Assembly: GCA_964352245.1 (NCBI GenBank)
Contig: CAYGQX010000006.1
Location: 7,396 to 71,395, forward strand
Direction of reading: 5' to 3'
Source of the DNA: an uncultured Porphyrobacter sp.
GTDB taxonomy: Bacteria > Pseudomonadota > Alphaproteobacteria > Sphingomonadales > Sphingomonadaceae
DNA length: 64,000 nucleotides
The notes under the pieces were generated by a model that saw nothing but the letters and a program-made list of their open reading frames with translations, was not told the DNA's origin and ran no database searches. Positions 51,979 to 59,560 of this stretch are shown here, piece by piece. The first letter of the stretch is position 1; each line of letters begins with the position of its first letter. A program made the position numbers and the translations under genes.

Positions 51979-52950
51979 ATGGACCTCTTTGAGACCCTGA
52001 TTATCACGCTTGTGATTTTTGCTGTGCTGGTCGTCGGCTATCTGCTTGCCAGCGGTTCTGGCGCGGGAAAGTCCCAGAAACGTCGTCTCCAGGCGATCAA
52101 TTATCGTCATTCCGATAGCACTGATACCAAAGTGGAATCGCAACTGAAGAAGGCGATCGCACAACGTAAACCCAAGGCCTATCAAATCGCCGGCGCCGGT
52201 TCACGAGGCGAAGCGCTCGCCATGAGGCTGGATCGGACCGGCAAGCCATGGACGGTTTCCCAATATATCTATGGATCGCTCGGTCTGGCTCTTGCGTTTG
52301 CGGTTGTGATCTACATCCAGTCAGGAGCAATGCTGTTGTCGTTTGGCATTGGCTTGGTGCTTGGTGCTGGCCTCCCGCATCTGATCATCGGTTTTCTGAT
52401 CAACAAGCGCACCAATGAATTCAACGCCAAATTTCCTGATGCGATTGAACTGCTTGTGCGCGGTCTTCGCTCTGGTTTGCCTGTCACTGAAACCTTGTCC
52501 GTCGTATCAGAAGAGGTCCCAGGCCCCGTTGGCATAGAATTTAAGGGGATCGTGGAACGCATCAAGATCGGTAAAACGATGGAAGATTCGCTCCAGGAAA
52601 CCGCTGATCGTCTTGGCATTCCTGAATTCAACTTCTTCTGCATCACTCTTGCGATCCAGCGCGAAACCGGTGGTAACTTGGCTGAGACTTTGTCTAACCT
52701 TGCAGACGTGTTGCGCAAGCGTTCGCAGATGAAATTGAAAATCAAAGCGATGAGTTCAGAATCCAAGGCATCTGCCTACATTGTGGGTTCACTTCCCTTC
52801 ATCGTTTTCGGCCTCATCTACTGGATCAATCCCGAGTACATCGGCGGATTTTTCTACGAAGATCGCCTCATCGTAGCCGGCCTTGGCGGCATGGTCTGGA
52901 TGAGCATCGGGGTCTTTATCATGGCCAAAATGGTCAGTTTCGAAATTTGA
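51979..52950 (+). CDS. tadB: Tad inner-membrane platform protein TadB
   Basis: FPDAIELLVRGLRSG, IQRETGGNLAE.L.NL, RKR, SESKASA. Confidence 0.93.
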   Translation: MDLFETLIITLVIFAVLVVGYLLASGSGAGKSQKRRLQAINYRHSDSTDTKVESQLKKAIAQRKPKAYQIAGAGSRGEALAMRLDRTGKPWTVSQYIYGSLGLALAFAVVIYIQSGAMLLSFGIGLVLGAGLPHLIIGFLINKRTNEFNAKFPDAIELLVRGLRSGLPVTETLSVVSEEVPGPVGIEFKGIVERIKIGKTMEDSLQETADRLGIPEFNFFCITLAIQRETGGNLAETLSNLADVLRKRSQMKLKIKAMSSESKASAYIVGSLPFIVFGLIYWINPEYIGGFFYEDRLIVAGLGGMVWMSIGVFIMAKMVSFEI

Positions 52951-52967
52951 GCCGGGGCTAAAATATC

Positions 52968-53963
52968 ATGCTTGAACAAACACCTGGCCCTACGCTCTTA
53001 GGCTTTGACGTAATCCTTGTCGGCACCATTCTTGCCGGCATGGCAGCCTTTGCTGTGATCATGGCAATCTATGCCGCTGTGACCATCAAAGACCCGATGG
53101 CAAAGCGGGTCAAATCCTTGAACGAACGCCGCGAACAATTGAAAGCTGGCATCGTCACAAGCTCAGCAAAGAAACGCGCGAGCCTAGTCCGCAAATCGGA
53201 CACGACCGACAGAGTTAAAGACAGCCTGGGGAAAATGAACATTCTCCAGCAGAGTCAGGTCGAAGAGGTTCAACAAAAGCTCGCGCACGCCGGATACCGC
53301 AACAAGGAATTGGCGGTCATCATCATCGGTCTTCGTGCGATTTTGCCAATCGTATTTGGACTTGTAGGCTTTCTGGCTCTCTACGTTTTCGAAGTGAAGC
53401 CAGACTGGGGTCCAATGACCCGGCTGGGCGCCACGGCGGCACTGCTGTTTCTTGGCTATAAGGGTCCAGAACTCTACCTTAGCAACAAAGCCAAAAAGCG
53501 CACACTCGAGATCCAAAAGGGTCTGCCTGATGCTCTCGATTTGCTCGTTATCTGCGCTGAGGCTGGTCTTACCGTCGATTCAGCGTTCAACCGAGTGGCA
53601 AAGGAATTGGGCCGCGCCTATCCGGAACTGGGCGATGAATTCGCTCTCACCGCGATTGAGCTGTCCTTTCTGTCCGAGCGGAAAATGGCGTTCGACAACC
53701 TCGCCTACCGAGTCGATCTTGAAGCGGTGAAAGGGGTTGTAACCACCATGGTTCAAACCGAACGTTATGGTACGCCGCTCGCGTCTGCGCTTCGCGTGCT
53801 TTCCGCAGAATTCCGGAACGAACGTATGATGCGCGCCGAAGAGAAGGCGGCGCGTTTGCCAGCGATCATGACCATTCCACTGATCCTGTTCATTCTGCCG
53901 GTGCTGTTCATCGTGATCCTTGGACCTGCAGCATGTGATATTTCAGATGCTCTGATCAAATAG
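52968..53963 (+). CDS. tadC: Tad inner-membrane platform protein TadC
   Basis: LPDALDLLVICAEAGL, TERYGTPLASALR, AEEKAARLP. Confidence 0.93.
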   Translation: MLEQTPGPTLLGFDVILVGTILAGMAAFAVIMAIYAAVTIKDPMAKRVKSLNERREQLKAGIVTSSAKKRASLVRKSDTTDRVKDSLGKMNILQQSQVEEVQQKLAHAGYRNKELAVIIIGLRAILPIVFGLVGFLALYVFEVKPDWGPMTRLGATAALLFLGYKGPELYLSNKAKKRTLEIQKGLPDALDLLVICAEAGLTVDSAFNRVAKELGRAYPELGDEFALTAIELSFLSERKMAFDNLAYRVDLEAVKGVVTTMVQTERYGTPLASALRVLSAEFRNERMMRAEEKAARLPAIMTIPLILFILPVLFIVILGPAACDISDALIK

Positions 53964-53986
53964 CGAGCACCCGACATTATCAAACA

Positions 53987-54018
53987 AAAAGGGCCAGCGT
54001 ATCAGCGCTGGCCCTTTT
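53987..54018. terminator. Bidirectional intrinsic terminator (tadC / MarR gene)
   Basis: AAAAGGGCCAGCG-N6-CGCTGGCCCTTTT. Confidence 0.9.
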
Positions 54019-54039
54019 CATTTACGATCACGACAGCGT

Positions 54040-54579
54040 TTAATCGGACGTCTTTTCCAGTATCTCGCTTACGCGTTCACGCATTCGCACCAGCATACTA
54101 CGCAAGGCCAGGCGTTCTTCAGGATCCAGCCCATCTAACAATTCACGTTCAGTCGCCAATGCAAGCGGCATAACTTCAAGATGGATCGCCCGCCCTTCCC
54201 CGGTCAAAGCGAGCAGATGTGACCGGCCATCCTCGACATTAGGCAGGCGCTCAATCAGCCCACGATCTTCCAAGACTTTGCAGGCCCGGTTGACCGCAAC
54301 CTTGTCCATCAATGTCACTTCTGTCAGCTCGCGTTGAGTGACTCCGATACGCGTTTCATGGCGATTGCCGAGCACTGCCATAATCCGCCATTCTGGAATT
54401 TTGAGAGCAAAGCGTTTGCGATATCGTTCAGCAATGAGCGCGCTAATGGCGTTTGACGTCACCGACAGCTGGTAAGGCAGAAAGTCTTCGAGCTGCCCGT
54501 TTTCGGGTTTGCTGGTCTCGGGAAGATTTGCAGCCTTGGTCAAAGCTCGCTCGCTTGCATCTTGCTCATTTGTATTCAA
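54040..54579 (-). CDS. MarR family transcriptional regulator (start uncertain: TTG at 54579 or 54543)
   Basis: DFLPYQLSV.SN, PEWRIMAVL, DKVAVNRA, DGRS..L.LT..G. Confidence 0.9.
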   Translation of the reverse strand: MNTNEQDASERALTKAANLPETSKPENGQLEDFLPYQLSVTSNAISALIAERYRKRFALKIPEWRIMAVLGNRHETRIGVTQRELTEVTLMDKVAVNRACKVLEDRGLIERLPNVEDGRSHLLALTGEGRAIHLEVMPLALATERELLDGLDPEERLALRSMLVRMRERVSEILEKTSD

Positions 54580-55438
54580 CCTCGTCCCACCATGGATAGA
54601 AATCGGGCATATCCTCGCTCACTTTGCCCGGATAGACGGGATTGCGCTTCTCGAGGAAACTCGCAATGCCTTCTTGTGCGTCTTTGCCGCGGGACAACCT
54701 GTAAATTGCCCGGCTGTCGATTTTATGCGCTTCCATGGGATGGTCTGTGTTCATCAGTCGCCACATCATAGCCCGTGTCATGGAAACAGAGATAGCAGAT
54801 GTGTTCTCCGCAATTTCTCGGGCGAGCGTTCGAGCAGCAAAGACCAATTCTTCTGGACTGTGGATCGATCGAACAAGTCCGCCCTCTTTTGCTTCTTCTG
54901 CTCCAAACACACGGCCCGAATAACACCATTCCAAAGCTTGGCTAATCCCGACTATTCGCGGAAGGAACCAGCTTGACGCAGCTTCGGGGACTATCCCGCG
55001 ACGCGCAAAGACAAAGCCATAGCGCGCATGGGATGCTGCAAGCCTGATATCCATAGCCAATTGCATTGTTGCGCCCACACCTACGGCAACGCCATTGCAG
55101 GCAGAGATCAGGGGCTTTTTGCTTTCGAACAAGCGCAACGTCAGCAAGCCCCCACCATCGCGAACGCGTTCATCAGATAAGTCATCGACCTGAGCGCCAT
55201 CAGCGAAGACTTGACCGCCATCCTCAGGCGTCAGATCTGCGCCTGCGCAAAACGCCTTTTCCCCAGCTCCTGTGAAAATCACCGCCCGAATTGCGTCATC
55301 TGCATCGATGTCGTCCATCGCCGCCATGATTTCTGCCCCCATAGTGCGGGTGTACGCGTTCATTTTATCCGGGCGGTTCAGTGTAATGGTCGCAATGCCA
55401 TCTGCCTTTTCGACTAGAATTTGGGTAAAGTCGCTCAT
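54566..55438 (-). CDS. Crotonase/enoyl-CoA hydratase family protein
   Basis: ITLNRPDKMNA, FCAGADL, NGVAVGVG, RRGIVPEA. Confidence 0.93.
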   Translation of the reverse strand: MSDFTQILVEKADGIATITLNRPDKMNAYTRTMGAEIMAAMDDIDADDAIRAVIFTGAGEKAFCAGADLTPEDGGQVFADGAQVDDLSDERVRDGGGLLTLRLFESKKPLISACNGVAVGVGATMQLAMDIRLAASHARYGFVFARRGIVPEAASSWFLPRIVGISQALEWCYSGRVFGAEEAKEGGLVRSIHSPEELVFAARTLAREIAENTSAISVSMTRAMMWRLMNTDHPMEAHKIDSRAIYRLSRGKDAQEGIASFLEKRNPVYPGKVSEDMPDFYPWWDEVEYK

Positions 55439-56031
55439 GCGTTTCCTCTCGTGCTTTGTTTGGCCAAGAATAAGCGCACAGACATGGACCGCTCAACCAC
55501 CCTTTTGCAAAAGTTATCCCAATGCACCGCCCGGCAGATTTCCGGGCCTTGCACCCCTATCGCCGCGTGCAGACTGTAACCTGTACGAGCCGCTCCGCAC
55601 ATCTGCCAACAGAGCGAGAAGAATGCAGGGGCTTATCGAGCATAAACGTCGCCCACATGGATAGGCGATTGGGGGCGATGTAGCAGGGAGTTATGCGTAC
55701 GCGCGGTGTTTTGAGGCCATCCATAATTGGCGGCTATTTGGGGAAGCGGACAGTCTGGTTTTAGAGCTGTCGGCGAAGAGAGCAGTCATAAATTTGCCGA
55801 AGGCGCGATGACGGCTCACGACCCCGTCGTTGTCGTGGCGGAGTTAGGGAAGTCATCCCGAAACAGGACATTTGCGTGAACAGCGGGTTCGGCAGATCTA
55901 TGCCTCAATGTCGATCGTTCATGTCGTCTATGCGGTCGCCCGGCAAGCGGACATCGCGCCGATTACCTTCGAAATGGCAGCTATGGTAAGCAGGAAAGGA
56001 CCGACACAGTTCCAAGTTTCTTCGATTGAGC

Positions 56032-56235
56032 AAGCCATCGCTAGGCATCCAGTCTGGTAACGAGCCGTTCCGGCTAGGCAACCCTGGTTGCGGCATCTGC
56101 GATGGCACGTGGAAGCACCGGCTGACCAAGCCCGATCCGGCCTTGCGCATCAGCCATCCGTAGTATAGCGGCGATGGAGCGGAAGAGATCAGGTATGCGA
56201 AGTCGGGCCAGTGGACCCTCCAAACCGCGCGGTGA
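56032..56235 (+). pseudogene. Possible degenerate C-terminal remnant of a toxin-like gene
   Basis: Frame KPSLGIQSGNEPFRLGNPGCGICDGTWKHRLTKPDPALRISHP*YSGDGAEEIRYAKSGQWTLQTAR* with in-frame TAG at 56161 and no start; ends 4 nt before the next ATG. Confidence 0.35.
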
Positions 56236-56239
56236 CGCA

Positions 56240-56914
56240 ATGAACAACGATCCTACGGACGACTACTTTTTTCTGGCCCTTGACATTCGCGAAGATGGGA
56301 GTGGCGGGGTGCGTTGGCCCTACATCCGCAAGGACGACAGCCAGAACCTCGATTGGTGGAGCCAAACTCCAGTGAGGGCGGGCAAGCCAATCGATTTCTC
56401 CGCCGATCCAGATTACCCGAACGACGTGGCGACATTCCAGGCCATGCAAGTGGCCGCCATCCAGGGGTTCCCGCTCGTCAGGCCCGGTCTTGGCGCGCGC
56501 CTGAGCGCCGTGGCGCCTCCATCCGCCCAATTGATCCCGTCCTACATCAAGACATCCCGTGGGCCTTATGACTGGGATGAAGACTGGTTGTTTCTGCATC
56601 TGTGGGACATGCGCGATATTGTGGATCGCGCGCGGTCCACCCAGACAATGGTCGATGGCCTTCCGTTCGGTACATTCGACAGCATTCGGCTCGACGCCCG
56701 CAAGATGGCCGAACTCGCGCCGGAAGAAAGAGGAATCGTCCGCCTGGCCTCCGAAGAGCAGAATTTTGCGATCTTTCACCGTCACGTCGCAGAGATAATG
56801 CTGGATTGCGGCCTTGCCGGGGCCGTTCTCGTGCCGCTAACGCTGTATGCGCCCGTGCGCCGATACATGACCACCCACCGTGCCCTGATCGACGAGATCA
56901 ACGGACTTGTCTGA
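56240..56914 (+). CDS. Imm11/DUF1629-like immunity protein (orphan)
   Basis: Pattern G.PLV...L...L.....QL.P, L.L....DIVDR.RS, .I.LD..., IVRL.E...FAIF...V...M...GL.G...VP; strongly GC-rich codons; ATG at 56240 (ORF track starts at 56174). Confidence 0.6.
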   Translation: MNNDPTDDYFFLALDIREDGSGGVRWPYIRKDDSQNLDWWSQTPVRAGKPIDFSADPDYPNDVATFQAMQVAAIQGFPLVRPGLGARLSAVAPPSAQLIPSYIKTSRGPYDWDEDWLFLHLWDMRDIVDRARSTQTMVDGLPFGTFDSIRLDARKMAELAPEERGIVRLASEEQNFAIFHRHVAEIMLDCGLAGAVLVPLTLYAPVRRYMTTHRALIDEINGLV

Positions 56915-57006
56915 GTCTGCCAGCGTGCGGGCTGCAAGTTGGACCGGTCCGACGCAGGTTCGTATTGCTCGCGAGGTGAGCCCGCCGATGTCAGTTATCC
57001 GCATCC

Positions 57007-57162
57007 ATGAGTGAGGTAACGCTGACTAGTCTAGCCAACGATCGACGTGCTGAAATCCTGCCAAGCTCTGTTTTCTATTTGGCGAACGTCATGGAGGGAC
57101 TCCCTATAGAGCTTCACGGTCGTGTAGTTATCGAAGCGGACGAAACAGGGCTCGCTAACTGA
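57007..57162 (+). CDS. 51-aa ORF enclosed by repeat half-sites (small protein or gene fragment)
   Basis: MSEVTLTSLANDRRAEILPSSVFYLANVMEGLPIELHGRVVIEADETGLAN*; the stop abuts AAGCAGACAG; below the ORF-track cutoff. Confidence 0.35.
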   Translation: MSEVTLTSLANDRRAEILPSSVFYLANVMEGLPIELHGRVVIEADETGLAN

Positions 57163-57376
57163 AAGCAGACAGCCAAGTTCCCACCCAATTGTCGACAAAA
57201 CGAGCAGATGCAAAGAACGCCCGCTTTTGGCGAACCAAGTGGTTCAAGCTTATGTCGGAAGCTGGCCGCAAAGCGTTTCTGATTTTTTAGCAGCGACCAA
57301 AGCCCCCAAAAAGAACACGCCGCCCGCACCAGTCAGCGCGAGCGGCGATCATTTTCGTAAGCTTGCAAACCAGCGC

Positions 57377-58162
57377 TTATCGCGGTGCCATCCGGATCGC
57401 GCCATCGAGCCGCACGTCTTCACCGTTGAAATAGCCGGTTTCGATCATGCACATCGCAAGCTTTGCGTATTCTTCAGGGTTCCCGAGCCGCTTGGGGAAC
57501 GGAACGCTGGCTGCGAGCGCTTCTTTGACTTGCGGCGGTGCAGCATTCATCAGCGGGGTGTTGAATATGCCGGGAAGGATCGTGTTCACTCGGATGCCCT
57601 CGCGCATCAGATCGCGCGCGATGGGCAAAGTCATACCAACAACGCCGCCTTTCGAAGCGGAATATGCTGCCTGACCCATTTGCCCGTCTTCAGCTGCAAC
57701 GCTTGCCGTGTTGACGATTGCGCCGCGAGCGCCTTCCTCGTTCATCGGATCAAGGCTCATCATGCCAGCAGCGGATTTGGCGATGCAGCGGAATGTGCCG
57801 ATAAGGTTCACTTGGATAACAAAGTCGAACGCAGACACGGGAAAGTGCTTGATCTCACCCGTTTGCTTGTCGCGGCTGGCGGTTTTGATCGCGTTACCGA
57901 TACCGGCGCAGTTTACCAGGATGCGTTCCTGGCCGTGCGCCTCGCGTGCTTTGGCAAAGCCTGCATCCACATCTTCATCGCTGGTTACATTCACTTTGCA
58001 GAACACGCCGCCAAGCTCAGCAGCCATAGCCTCGCCCTTTTCTTCATTCATATCGAAGATGGCGACTTTTGCGCCCTTGGCAGCGATAGCGCGTGCGGTG
58101 GCAGCGCCCAGTCCCGATGCACCGCCAGTGACGACAGCGGGGGTATTTGCAGATACTTCCAT
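57377..58162 (-). CDS. 3-hydroxyacyl-CoA dehydrogenase type II (HSD17B10-like SDR)
   Basis: TGGASGLG, VNCAGIG, NTASVAAEDGQMGQAAYSASKGG, PFPKRLG.PEEYA. Confidence 0.92.
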   Translation of the reverse strand: MEVSANTPAVVTGGASGLGAATARAIAAKGAKVAIFDMNEEKGEAMAAELGGVFCKVNVTSDEDVDAGFAKAREAHGQERILVNCAGIGNAIKTASRDKQTGEIKHFPVSAFDFVIQVNLIGTFRCIAKSAAGMMSLDPMNEEGARGAIVNTASVAAEDGQMGQAAYSASKGGVVGMTLPIARDLMREGIRVNTILPGIFNTPLMNAAPPQVKEALAASVPFPKRLGNPEEYAKLAMCMIETGYFNGEDVRLDGAIRMAPR

Positions 58163-58229
58163 TACAGTATTCCTCTTGGATCGTGAGTGTTCTTAAACGC
58201 TTTCAAGGGTGTTTCGATTTGAATACGGT

Positions 58230-59402
58230 TTAGAGCGATTCAACAATGGTGACATTGGCAACGCCGCCGCCTTCGCACATTGTTTGAAGGCCATATTTCT
58301 TGCCGTGCCGTTTAAGGGCATGGACAAGAGTTGCCATTAGCTTTGTACCCGATGCGCCCAGCGGGTGGCCCAACGCAATCGCTCCGCCATGTACGTTAAG
58401 CTTTTCAGGATCAGCGCCGGTGTGCTTAAGCCATGCCATAGGCACAGGAGCGAACGCCTCATTGACTTCGTAAAGATCGATATCGTCCATTTTCAGACCT
58501 GCGCGTTCGAGGGCTTTGTCTGTCGCAAACAGCGGCTCTTCCAGCATGATGACAGGATCGCCAGCGGTGACAGTCAAGTTATGAATGCGCGCCATGGGGG
58601 TGAGGTTATGGCGTTTCAAAGCTTCTTCGGACACGACAAGGACGGCAGATGATCCGTCACAAATCTGGCTAGCAGAGGCGGCTGTAATTTTGCCATCGGG
58701 CGCGAGCAGTTTGACACCCGCAATCCCTTCCAAAGTGGCATCAAAGCGGATGCCTTCGTCGACAATGTGCATTTCGGTGCCTTCGGGCGTTTCAATTTCG
58801 ATCGGCACGATCTCGTCTTTGAACGCGCCCGCTTCGGTCGCAGCAATTGCACGTTTGTGACTTTCGAGCGCAAAAAGATCGAGCTCGTCTTTTGAAAAGT
58901 CGTGCTTATCCGCGATCATTTGCGCGCCCATAAACTGGCTGAATTGCACGTTCGGATATTTTTCCATCACGCCGGGCGACATGTAATGGCCCAGCCCTTC
59001 TTTCATATGGAGCGTCATGTTGGAGCCCATCGGCACGCGCGTCATGCTTTCAACCCCGCTCGCGATCACGACGTCCTGTGTACCGCTCATAACGGCTTGA
59101 GCTGCGAACTGGATCGCTTGCTGCGACGACCCGCACTGCCGGTCAATCGAGACGGCCGGGGTGGATTGGGGGAGCAGCTTTGACGCGAGCACAGCCATGC
59201 GGCCAACCTGCCCGGCTTGCTCACCCGCTTGGCTGACGCAGCCGCTTACAACATCATCAATCGCCGTCGGATCAATTCCGCTGCGCTCAACAATCGCATC
59301 AAGCGAATGGGCCAGCAAATCGACCGGGTGAATGCCAGCAAGCCTGCCGCCGCGGCGCCCTCCAGCTGTGCGAACGGCGTCAACAATGTAGGCTGTTGTC
59401 AT
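58230..59402 (-). CDS. Acetyl-CoA C-acyltransferase (thiolase)
   Basis: IDRQCGSSQQA, NEAFA, GGAIALGHPLGASG, CEGGG. Confidence 0.96.
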   Translation of the reverse strand: MTTAYIVDAVRTAGGRRGGRLAGIHPVDLLAHSLDAIVERSGIDPTAIDDVVSGCVSQAGEQAGQVGRMAVLASKLLPQSTPAVSIDRQCGSSQQAIQFAAQAVMSGTQDVVIASGVESMTRVPMGSNMTLHMKEGLGHYMSPGVMEKYPNVQFSQFMGAQMIADKHDFSKDELDLFALESHKRAIAATEAGAFKDEIVPIEIETPEGTEMHIVDEGIRFDATLEGIAGVKLLAPDGKITAASASQICDGSSAVLVVSEEALKRHNLTPMARIHNLTVTAGDPVIMLEEPLFATDKALERAGLKMDDIDLYEVNEAFAPVPMAWLKHTGADPEKLNVHGGAIALGHPLGASGTKLMATLVHALKRHGKKYGLQTMCEGGGVANVTIVESL

Positions 59403-59560
59403 GGTGAGAATCCCTTCCCGTTTACGTAAACGTTTTGTTTCACCACTGACTATGGGACAGCGGGACGGGAATCAACCGCTCAAAATGAGGTTCTGGCCGC
59501 GCGGTGCGGGTCACGCTAGGGCATGCTGGTCTGATCCCGCGCCAAAGAAGTTCTCGAATA

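Larger units (their letters stand above)
55727..57276. mobile_element. Putative small accessory island rich in degenerate palindromic repeat units; no recombinase
   Basis: Recurrent heads (TGGCGGCT, ATGACGGCT, AATGTCG, AATGGCAGCT, ATGTCAGTT, ATGTCGG) and tails (AAGCGGACA, AGCAGTCAT, AACAGGACATT, AAGCGGACAT, AAGCAGACA); inverted similar copies at 55728-55762 and 57162-57197; lies inside a co-oriented beta-oxidation run. Confidence 0.55.

Noticed and set aside
57031-57213. 60-aa minus-strand ORF in the island
   Set aside because: Its start lies within the repeat unit; the plus-strand 51-aa ORF fits the repeat boundaries better
55727-57276. Calling the repeat island a CRISPR array, integron or IS element
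   Set aside because: Repeats are too degenerate and irregularly spaced for CRISPR and no cas genes are present; no GTTRRRY/RYYYAAC attC cores or integrase; no transposase or clear target-site duplication
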